Source: an archaeon (GTDB taxonomy: Archaea > Iainarchaeota > Iainarchaeia > Iainarchaeales > CSSED10-239). Taken from it: a DNA stretch of 32,000 nt. Each line of letters opens with the position of its first letter. Position 1 is the first letter of the stretch. The notes under the pieces were generated by a model. That model had not been told where the DNA came from and did not search any database. It saw only the letters and a program-made list of their open reading frames with translations. Made by a program: the position numbers and the translations under genes. Where the stretch lies: the NCBI GenBank assembly GCA_041657425.1, contig JBBABY010000009.1:1-32000 (forward strand), written 5' to 3'. Of this stretch, positions 22,546 through 30,734 are shown in pieces.

Positions 22546-25500
22546 ATGTCTCCAATCCCTTCTGGTTTATCAGCATCGTTCTTCTATACAGACACGACAA
22601 TAGAAGAGCATGTCCTTGAGCCAGGTAAGGCTTTCTATTCCCCGTTCACTCAGAAGCTAGCTAATTACTATCCGGGATGGATGGAACTTCGGATTGATAA
22701 GTCTTCTGTTGGCCAGCAGATTATCAACACAGCAGGTATCCAGTTACAAGAACTAGACCGTGCCTTTGACTTAATGAAGAATAGCCTTCATCTCTCAACG
22801 GCAGATCTTAATGCCGCTGATGTTCTTTACAAGGTTAAGCTAAGTCGAGTGGTTGCACTTGATGAGGATAACCCTCCCGCCTTGCATGGTGACGGCGCCG
22901 ACATTATTATATCCGATAGCTCAGATGAGTTCCTAAGACAAGTTTTCCCTACCCGCATCGAGGTTGAAGCCTCTGGACTGGGCGCTAGTGGTGTAACAGA
23001 GGGTCTCGTTATTCCGGATCTAACCTACGGAGTAGAGTACTATACCCCCTGGGTAGACCAGCATAAAGAAGAAAAGGACCTATACTACAACTGGGATGAG
23101 GCTTCTCAGAAGCTTATTAAGTTCCACCTAATTAGTGAAGGGATGGAGCGCCCTCAAGAGATCCCTGTGCATAAGGAAGTTCTTGGCTATTATAGTCTTC
23201 TAGATCACGAGGGTGATCCTATTACCGGAGACTTCCACGGCATCACCATTGACGATGACCGTTTATATATGCTCTTCGGAAATCTCCTATATATCTTTGA
23301 TGCACGCATATCCCTACTGCTAAATACGGATGCCAGCTGGGATGGCAATAAGGAACAAAGCTTCCTACAGGCTAAGTGCGACGCTATCATTTTAGACGGA
23401 GTACAACAGGGTGCGGGCATTCTAGTAGATGGAGACAGATCTCAGAAGTGGCTATGGTGCTACGATAATTGGGGCTGGATTAAGTATCGACTTCACTATG
23501 ACTATGCTATTGTTGACTATGATACAAACACAATCTTCTTTAGAGAAGAGTACACAACCTGCCTAGTTGACGGAACCACATACGATCAGGAACTCCACAA
23601 TGTGTGGAACTGGTTTGACGAGTACGGCCTAGTCCTAGATACAGAGAGACTGCTCGGAGAACCTAATGAAGAGTATCAGGCGCGGCTACTGAATGTTATG
23701 AAGTTCCGTGCGAACTCAACTACCCAGGGAGTGATCGACGGCGTAACACAAAGTCTCGACCTTGACAACTGGGGCTATTTCCCATCTGGCCTATATCCCG
23801 AGAACCTATTCGTGGATGGTCTCTTTCCTAGTGGATACCCGATCTACCCCAGTGGGAACATCCCAGTTGACATTGGAGACGTAGCTCTAGTAGATGCTTT
23901 ATATACTCCCGCATTCTATGAGACGGTTGTCGACTCTGAGACTAACATCCCAACAGTTGAGATGGTTGATTATACAAAGGAAATCCTAAAGACCTTCCCT
24001 ATCTTCTGGGGGTCAGGGACTCCTGACCAATATGGATTCATCTGGGACATTGCCCCCTTCGATGGTGGCTATAACAACGTAAGTATAACTCCGGACTTCA
24101 TGGCATTGCTGCCATCGGGCATTGATGAGAAATGGTATCAGTCTGGCATACAGGACGTAAACCCACTCACCTCCAAAGAACTGATGGTACGGCTATCTAG
24201 AACAGACGAGGACGAATGGATCCCGGAAGTTTGGAATGGTGACTTTCATATCCACAACAAGCTCTACTACCTATACGCACAAGGCGTTGCAGAAGTCATA
24301 CCTTCAGGAGTAACAAGCTATAGCATCCTAGGTAGCGGCCTAATGATCCCTGGCGGCCATAAGGAACTCATCGCTAATGAGACCTTTAATAGTGGCTTGA
24401 TCCACCTTGCCTCAGGCACCGAAATGCTTCCCGTTCATGAATTCACAGATAACGGAATGGAATATATGGTGTCTGGCAATACGTTACTTATGGATCCAGA
24501 GCACGGCGAATTATGCTTCTGGTACGAGACCTCACCCTCGGGATGGTATACAATACCGGGCTGGGACTTCAACCCAACACACGCAGCCCTATATGACGGA
24601 TTCATTTGGATCTCTGACCAGAGACAAATGATCGACCCGTCTGGTAGCTATACGCTAGAAGTAACTCCCGACTCCATTCCGTTTGGTGGAGCTGGTGGAG
24701 GAAGTGTCGTATTGGGCACCTTACTAGATACAGCCGGCGAACCCATCATAGGCGCCGACGTATACTTCAGAGTCATTCCTAGTGGACTGGGTGAACTAAC
24801 TGATGAGTATAGAATGACAGGCTTGACAGGTCAGGCCTATACCTTCTATAATTCACCAGTAGATATAAGTACTATATGGGCAGACCAAGTATCTATAGAT
24901 AATCCTACTAATTCCCTAGTGGTAGATGATCTTATCACAAGCGATGAATATGATAAGATCTGGACGGTTACTACCGAAGCTAGTGCTGTATCGGGATACC
25001 CTGGTAATATTCAAAAGGTATGGATGGCTTACCACGAGACCTTAACTCTAACTGTGGCTAGCGGCGAATGGCTACCAGTGCCCTCGGGCTGGCATGAAGA
25101 CAGCCTAGGGAACCAGACCTATCAAGGATATGTCACCATCGGTGGAAGTGAATTGAACGGCACAATAGGCGGCGCAGATTACGGAGATGACCTGTTCAAT
25201 ATTGATTTAACCTCTATTAAGTATGCTGGCCTACAGGCCATAAAAGAGGTTGGTAATACAAGCCTTCCTTTCGCATATAGATATGAAATAGATGATTACA
25301 CCGAACCTAAGGACTACGGGAAAGTGCTGGTTTATGCTGTTACAATACCTACGGGATCTGTACAAGTCAGCTTTGATACTTACAGGCCAGTACGGCCAGT
25401 GAATGTGGTCCCCAATTCTCCTACGGCCGGCCAGACTACATTGTATTATGGCGAGCCAACCGCAACTATCGATGCTTCCAAGACATATCAGGTTGGGTAT

Positions 25501-25659
25501 CCACAGGTCGCCACGATTGAGTCCTGGGCCGTATGGGAAGGCGTCGAGACTATTCACCAATTTAAGAGCATAAGTATGAGCTTCTCGGACGAGCAGTCGG
25601 GGACATTCCGCCTCGATGATAAGTTCGCAGACTTCGTCTCATACCTAAGATATATCTAA
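22546..25659 (+). CDS. baseplate wedge protein, P2 gpI / XkdU (DUF2313)-like N-terminal module with large insertion and long C-terminal extension (1037 aa)
   Basis: LANYYPGWMELRIDKSSVGQQIINTAGIQLQELDRAFDLMKNSLHLSTAD resembles the gpI/XkdU start (yLP.yy...i....g.e.d.l......l...tA). The matching late block WFDEYGLVLDTERLLGEPNEEYQARLLNVMKFR (wE..lgi....g.s.e.RR..i) appears about 300 aa further on. The position after the J-like gene fits. Confidence 0.45.
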   Translation: MSPIPSGLSASFFYTDTTIEEHVLEPGKAFYSPFTQKLANYYPGWMELRIDKSSVGQQIINTAGIQLQELDRAFDLMKNSLHLSTADLNAADVLYKVKLSRVVALDEDNPPALHGDGADIIISDSSDEFLRQVFPTRIEVEASGLGASGVTEGLVIPDLTYGVEYYTPWVDQHKEEKDLYYNWDEASQKLIKFHLISEGMERPQEIPVHKEVLGYYSLLDHEGDPITGDFHGITIDDDRLYMLFGNLLYIFDARISLLLNTDASWDGNKEQSFLQAKCDAIILDGVQQGAGILVDGDRSQKWLWCYDNWGWIKYRLHYDYAIVDYDTNTIFFREEYTTCLVDGTTYDQELHNVWNWFDEYGLVLDTERLLGEPNEEYQARLLNVMKFRANSTTQGVIDGVTQSLDLDNWGYFPSGLYPENLFVDGLFPSGYPIYPSGNIPVDIGDVALVDALYTPAFYETVVDSETNIPTVEMVDYTKEILKTFPIFWGSGTPDQYGFIWDIAPFDGGYNNVSITPDFMALLPSGIDEKWYQSGIQDVNPLTSKELMVRLSRTDEDEWIPEVWNGDFHIHNKLYYLYAQGVAEVIPSGVTSYSILGSGLMIPGGHKELIANETFNSGLIHLASGTEMLPVHEFTDNGMEYMVSGNTLLMDPEHGELCFWYETSPSGWYTIPGWDFNPTHAALYDGFIWISDQRQMIDPSGSYTLEVTPDSIPFGGAGGGSVVLGTLLDTAGEPIIGADVYFRVIPSGLGELTDEYRMTGLTGQAYTFYNSPVDISTIWADQVSIDNPTNSLVVDDLITSDEYDKIWTVTTEASAVSGYPGNIQKVWMAYHETLTLTVASGEWLPVPSGWHEDSLGNQTYQGYVTIGGSELNGTIGGADYGDDLFNIDLTSIKYAGLQAIKEVGNTSLPFAYRYEIDDYTEPKDYGKVLVYAVTIPTGSVQVSFDTYRPVRPVNVVPNSPTAGQTTLYYGEPTATIDASKTYQVGYPQVATIESWAVWEGVETIHQFKSISMSFSDEQSGTFRLDDKFADFVSYLRYI
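24643..24858 (+). other. bacterial Ig-like (Big_1 / invasin-type) domain candidate inside the gpI-like protein
   Basis: GSYTLEVTPDSIPFGGAGGGSVVLGTLLDTAGEPIIGADVYFRVIPSGLGELTDEYRMTGLTGQAYTFYNSP follows the Big_1 pattern (a.v.l.D..GnPi.ga.V.f....G.l......Td..G.A...y.s). Confidence 0.35.
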
Positions 25660-25670
25660 GAGGGGCGCCG

Positions 25671-28373
25671 ATGAGCGTAAATTCAAGTAGCAGTTCAGAC
25701 AACCTAGATAATGTCTTCAGCGAGCCACTCTTCAACAGAAACGAAGTGGTTAACTCGACCAAGCTCAACCAACTAGGAGCACAGGTCGGAGCCCAGTTTG
25801 ATATTGTTAGCGAGGCTGTCGGGAACACCTATAGCCAAGGCATTCCTAATGTGGGCGGATCACTGGGTGATCAAGCTCTTCTAACGCCTACTCCTCTTAA
25901 CTCAGACGATCCTCTAGGCACCGTTCCACTAATGTATTCAGCAGCAAACACACTCTTCAACAAGATTGAAGGATGTACTACAAGCTGGACTCAGGCAACT
26001 ATCGATGGCATCTTAACAGATATATGCACAGTCACACTGCCGACTGGTAGTCAGATATCAGCTGATCTAGCTGTCGCCGACGACGAACATGAAGTTGTTA
26101 AGAACGTTGTTCTCTCAATAGGGAACACATTCTACCCTGGGATATACCTAACGCCAACAGGGCACTCAACCCATGTCGATATGGATTCATTGATCTATGT
26201 CGGTCGCGATATCCCGAATAGTGAAACCAACTGCACGCTGTATGTATCTAACCTAAGTACCACAGCGGCGTTAGAAGAAGTTATCCGTAACGTTGGAGAT
26301 CTAACGGTCTCCAGGCTAACAGGATATGTTCTTACAGATACGGCTATCTCAACCGAGTCAGCCTACCCAACGATCACAAAGAGTATCAACTCTATTGATG
26401 ACAAACCTGTCACTGTGCGTTGGCATGCTCGCCTAGCGTTTGATCCAGCAACACATCTACCTACAACTGGGGCACTCTCTGGTCCAAACTGGGTTTGGAC
26501 AACAACTGCTAGTGCTTCCTCATGGGCGGATGGTAACCCGTCTCCCACCATGGTTAGAGCACTTATCGCTAACGACATAACTAATACCTGGCTGAATGTT
26601 AATAGTTCATTTAGTCCATTAGCCTATGCTAACGGAGCACCACTCCTGAATAGCACTGGCACTCCAATCGCAGTTACAGTAGGCTACCAACACTCAACAG
26701 GTACTCTTACTATAACAATGCCAACGTACACAACCGTCTTCGCTAATCTATTCAGCACCTATAGCGACCAATCTCCCGCCTATATCGATGTCTACTTCGC
26801 TGTAGAAGTTCCCTATAGGCTTCTACAGTCTTACTCAACTACCTATGACCACGAAGGTGCTGATGATAGATACCTATTCAAGCATATCCTTGGCGATCAG
26901 TATGGATGGTCTGAGGCCAGTGGATACCCAAACACAATAGCCAATAGGCTAGATGCCGATGAGGCTGACATTGCAACTCTGATGGGCCAGGCTTCTAACT
27001 CGCTGCGCACTCATGAGACAGTTACAGTTGATATCGCTGACATCCTTGCTTCAAGAACAACTATAGAGAGTGCTCTTGTCAACAACGTTATGACACCATC
27101 CATCTTCTCGGATATCGTTAGTAACGCTGATCCGGCTATTACACATCACACTGTAGCCCTACAGCCAGGCATACACAACCTAAATTCAAGTCCACTCATA
27201 GTGCCTGCATTCAACTCTATCATTGGAGTATCAGCAGACGAGTGTAAGATCAATGGAAATATTGTTCTTGGCCGCGGTGCAACTCTTGAGAACGTGAACG
27301 TTTTGGGTACAGTAACCTGTGGCGAGGCGCCAGAGGACGTACAGAGCGACACTCTTGCAGACAACCTATACAACTGGGCAGAAATGTTCTCTATACATTG
27401 TCCAGCCGGAACAACCACGGGCTCATCAATTATTAATCAAGCGTGGCCGTATGGATATGGCACCAACTCTACTGCCACTACGCGTTGGACCTGTGCACCA
27501 ATTACAACTGGGACAGGTTCTATATCTGTCGGAGCAGAGAAAGATTCAAGTGGAGTTAATAGACTGGTTGCTTCCTCTATCGCTCCTGGTGGAAGCTCAG
27601 CATCGTTCACTCTCAACACAAACTCTTTCAATAGTGTTGCAATCAATAACACGATATATGCCAGAATAAAGGTGCCTACTATAAGTGCCAGTACGGCTGA
27701 AGCTGGCGTAGGAATGCTTACTGGAACCCGCGGGGTAAGGGTTCATGTCTTAAATAGCGGTGGAACGCGATACTGGAACGTCCAGGCTACTGGAGATGGT
27801 TCGACTTGGGGAGGGTATGGAAGTCCAATAGCTATTGGAACTCCCAACCCATACACAGAGTGGACCGATCTTAAAATCGTGTGGTATACAATAAAGGTTG
27901 ATGTATATGCCAAGACTATAGCAGGAGCCTACACATTAATTGCAAGTGTGAATCTCCCTGGGAGTTTAAGTCCTATAATGGGAACAGCCTATGGTCAGAT
28001 CTATAGTAAGACACCAGCCAGCGGAACCTCAACAATTGAATGTTGCAGGTTCTTTATTAAACAGACAGCATCCTCTGCAGTTGATCCTCTTGCTGGCTCC
28101 AACCCTACAACTACAACAACACTAATAAGGCATGGTATTAATAAGTGCCATATATATAACCCAGCAAGTAGTGGAATCATCCACAACAATATGCTTGCTG
28201 GAGTAGAAATTACTAATAGTCGAGTGACTGCTAAAGCTCCAGTTAGCTACACTGGTAACAAACTGGCTATATCTAGTAGCTCAAGAAGGTCCAATAATAC
28301 ATCTGGGTATATGAGACTGCTCGATTCTGATGGCCAGATTGCAGAGATTCTTGGCGTGGAGCAGTATATCTAA
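25671..28373 (+). CDS. tail fibre / receptor-binding protein candidate (900 aa)
   Basis: AGAGGGG lies upstream of the ATG. It sits in the P2 gpH / Mu S slot after the J- and I-like genes. The composition is Ser/Thr/Asn/Gly-rich and beta-type. The central segment (NSSPLIVPAFNSIIGVSADECKINGNIVLGRGATLENVNVLGTVTCG) is beta-helix-like. The C-terminal ~300 aa (TTRWTCAPITTG...YWNVQATGDGSTWGGYGSPIAIG...WTDLKIVWYTIKVDVYAK) looks like a lectin/jelly-roll tip. Confidence 0.5.
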   Translation: MSVNSSSSSDNLDNVFSEPLFNRNEVVNSTKLNQLGAQVGAQFDIVSEAVGNTYSQGIPNVGGSLGDQALLTPTPLNSDDPLGTVPLMYSAANTLFNKIEGCTTSWTQATIDGILTDICTVTLPTGSQISADLAVADDEHEVVKNVVLSIGNTFYPGIYLTPTGHSTHVDMDSLIYVGRDIPNSETNCTLYVSNLSTTAALEEVIRNVGDLTVSRLTGYVLTDTAISTESAYPTITKSINSIDDKPVTVRWHARLAFDPATHLPTTGALSGPNWVWTTTASASSWADGNPSPTMVRALIANDITNTWLNVNSSFSPLAYANGAPLLNSTGTPIAVTVGYQHSTGTLTITMPTYTTVFANLFSTYSDQSPAYIDVYFAVEVPYRLLQSYSTTYDHEGADDRYLFKHILGDQYGWSEASGYPNTIANRLDADEADIATLMGQASNSLRTHETVTVDIADILASRTTIESALVNNVMTPSIFSDIVSNADPAITHHTVALQPGIHNLNSSPLIVPAFNSIIGVSADECKINGNIVLGRGATLENVNVLGTVTCGEAPEDVQSDTLADNLYNWAEMFSIHCPAGTTTGSSIINQAWPYGYGTNSTATTRWTCAPITTGTGSISVGAEKDSSGVNRLVASSIAPGGSSASFTLNTNSFNSVAINNTIYARIKVPTISASTAEAGVGMLTGTRGVRVHVLNSGGTRYWNVQATGDGSTWGGYGSPIAIGTPNPYTEWTDLKIVWYTIKVDVYAKTIAGAYTLIASVNLPGSLSPIMGTAYGQIYSKTPASGTSTIECCRFFIKQTASSAVDPLAGSNPTTTTTLIRHGINKCHIYNPASSGIIHNNMLAGVEITNSRVTAKAPVSYTGNKLAISSSSRRSNNTSGYMRLLDSDGQIAEILGVEQYI

Positions 28374-28385
28374 GGAGGAATTAAG

Positions 28386-28745
28386 ATGGCACTAAGTGGA
28401 AAGATTGTAAACACCTCAAGGGGTTCTAGCGGAAATCTACTCAGCGTAGCAGCTGGAAGTCGTGGCATTCTTCGGAATCTAAGAATAAACTCGACAGGAC
28501 ACGGTGCCGGAGACACTGTCTCTATAGCTTTTAATGTTGATGGAGTTGCCGGCGACTCGATCAATTTGTACACATATCCTACCGGCGGCTGGGACACAAT
28601 GCTCCCAGGCTTTAGTGGTGGCACGGGCGGCAATCTTACAGGTACAGCAATTAACATTCCGTTTAATAATGGGATTACTGTCCCGGTTGTTATATCCGGC
28701 TCTGTAACAGTTGAAGCGTCGTTCGACATTGTAGTCGAGTCTTAA
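28386..28745 (+). CDS. small Gly/Ser/Thr-rich beta protein of unknown function (119 aa), fibre-associated by position
   Basis: AGGAGG (28373-28378) lies 7 nt before the ATG, which is one of the best SD sites in the window. The stop is tandem TAA TAA (28743-28748). The mirror-image minus-strand ORF 28370..28729 has no SD. Confidence 0.65.
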   Translation: MALSGKIVNTSRGSSGNLLSVAAGSRGILRNLRINSTGHGAGDTVSIAFNVDGVAGDSINLYTYPTGGWDTMLPGFSGGTGGNLTGTAINIPFNNGITVPVVISGSVTVEASFDIVVES

Positions 28746-28760
28746 TAACAGGAGCTACAA

Positions 28761-30734
28761 TTGGCCTGCCTAAAGCGCTTCTACTTCCGATATTCTCGTG
28801 AGGTCCCTAAGACTGATATAGGTACATTACGTGGGCCGAATCTGGCCTATGTTAATGTGCCTGAGCTTGACCCGTCTTCGGATACTGGGAATATTAGTAT
28901 CGTAGATACATCGACATCCTTCCCAGAGAACTCAGTTCTCTTCTCGGATTCGGTGCGTATCTTTACGGCGGGATATACCCTGGCAGACACAGACAACGTA
29001 TTGATCACTGATGAGTATACCAATACCAACTCTAACCACACACTAGATCCTATAAGCCGAAGCCTACCTGTGCGCCCCATGTGGTATAGACATAAGTTCG
29101 ATCTACCTATTATTACTCAGCCCAATGGCTTATATTCTGTACAGGTCGTTGATAGTCTAGGTAGTACAATCTCCTCTTCTCACTATAAGCTTTATCCAGA
29201 TAGCGGCGCTGCGAAAGAGGGGATCTATACAGATCTAATCAATACGCCTGATCTATGGTACTATGTGGTTTATCTAACTACGAGCGGAGCAGAAGTCCGC
29301 AGGCTCCTATCGGTTACTCCTATCTTCTCTGACATATCTAAAACTGGTGGAACACTTATAGGTAAAACCTTTAAGACGAACTATAGTACCTTATATAACA
29401 CTGTGGAGATCACTACTCCGGAAGCAAATCACCAGTACAGCCTAATGGCTATAGGTACTACGAAGATAGCTGTAAAGCATCCTGTCCAGGCAGCCGATGA
29501 GGACCCATGGTATGTGCAGATTACTAATGGATACTTTAGGAAGTATGTAACCGATGGCAGTGATGTCAATGTGTACGAATACTACCTCCCAGAATATGCA
29601 GTTCAGACATGGAACCCCAGCCGTCCAGACAAGTCACAGTTCGGTGAGGCGCCTATCTTCCTAGATAATGATTTAGTACGACTAAGGCAAACACCATTAT
29701 CTAATAGCAATATTAGGACCGGGTCAGATATAAACCCAGCCGAAAATGTACGAGTCTACTTAAGGGCAAGCAGTGAAAGATCTAACGAGATCAATGAACT
29801 GATCAATGCTGCGGGCGGCAAGGTAGACACAGCTCCCTATCTGGGCAACGAAACTACTGAAGGCTGGTGGGAACTAATTATAGACGGTATCGACCGCAAT
29901 ACGGGTCTCATCAGAGTTAAGGGAATCAGGGGAAAGTTGGATCCGAGTGATACCGATCCAACTGATATTCTTACTGGGGACGACGCCAAGATCTATGCCA
30001 GCGATACTCTAATTGCCTTCTATTATTATGAAGAGCTTGAGTATACGTTCAAGAAGATCAACCTAAATCCTATTCAGAACAGGCAGCTATTAACAAGCGG
30101 TGTCTCTATCTACATGAGGCCCCCTGCTTATAAACTAGGGAGCGCAGCTAGTATCCCAGCTAGTACAACAGTAGACTACCTAATGTTTGATAAGGATCAG
30201 AAGATCATTAAGGCATCAGACACTTCCGTTGTCCTAGGTGGAGCTCTAGAAGACTTCTATGCGGCTGGCGCCACTGAAGAGATCCCAGGAGTCGGGTACA
30301 ACCAGACCCTTCTGCTAGAGATCGCTCGTATCTTTGTAAGGAATACAGCTCTTATTCGGGACATCACAGATGAGAACCTGGTTGACACACGCCAACAGGG
30401 CGGCCTTCTAATTGAAGACCTTCCTCAAGAAGTCATCGATCTTATCAATAGGTCTACCAATGACATGTATGAATTGCGGAACTGGGACGGCATTGTTCTC
30501 CCAGGAAACTCTGTGGTCATAATCAAAGTCCCTAGTTATCTATTAAACGATAACTGGGAAGCAGATGGGACTCTACTAATAGGAGATGCTCTTACCCGCA
30601 GGATGATTGATATCCGCAACCTATGTAAGAAGCACCTAGCCTCTGGCGTACTACCCATAGTGAGGTTCTATGATAATGCAACGAGAGAGATCGTAGAGAC
30701 CTATAAGCCACCCCTCGACAGAAGGTATTTCTAA
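28761..30734 (+). CDS. structural protein of unknown function (657 aa), TTG start
   Basis: The frame opens right after TAA 28746-48. AGGAG (28750-54) lies 6 nt before TTG 28761, and the next in-frame ATG is about 96 codons downstream. The stop TAA 28732-34 region is not involved; the gene's own stop TAA 30732-34 overlaps the next ATG (TAATG). Confidence 0.6.
   Translation: MACLKRFYFRYSREVPKTDIGTLRGPNLAYVNVPELDPSSDTGNISIVDTSTSFPENSVLFSDSVRIFTAGYTLADTDNVLITDEYTNTNSNHTLDPISRSLPVRPMWYRHKFDLPIITQPNGLYSVQVVDSLGSTISSSHYKLYPDSGAAKEGIYTDLINTPDLWYYVVYLTTSGAEVRRLLSVTPIFSDISKTGGTLIGKTFKTNYSTLYNTVEITTPEANHQYSLMAIGTTKIAVKHPVQAADEDPWYVQITNGYFRKYVTDGSDVNVYEYYLPEYAVQTWNPSRPDKSQFGEAPIFLDNDLVRLRQTPLSNSNIRTGSDINPAENVRVYLRASSERSNEINELINAAGGKVDTAPYLGNETTEGWWELIIDGIDRNTGLIRVKGIRGKLDPSDTDPTDILTGDDAKIYASDTLIAFYYYEELEYTFKKINLNPIQNRQLLTSGVSIYMRPPAYKLGSAASIPASTTVDYLMFDKDQKIIKASDTSVVLGGALEDFYAAGATEEIPGVGYNQTLLLEIARIFVRNTALIRDITDENLVDTRQQGGLLIEDLPQEVIDLINRSTNDMYELRNWDGIVLPGNSVVIIKVPSYLLNDNWEADGTLLIGDALTRRMIDIRNLCKKHLASGVLPIVRFYDNATREIVETYKPPLDRRYF

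Noticed and set aside
28370-28729. A 119-aa minus-strand ORF that almost exactly mirrors the plus-strand 119-aa gene.
   Set aside because: It has no SD or promoter, and its product has low-complexity composition. The plus-strand ORF has an AGGAGG SD and fits the operon. This is a typical shadow ORF.
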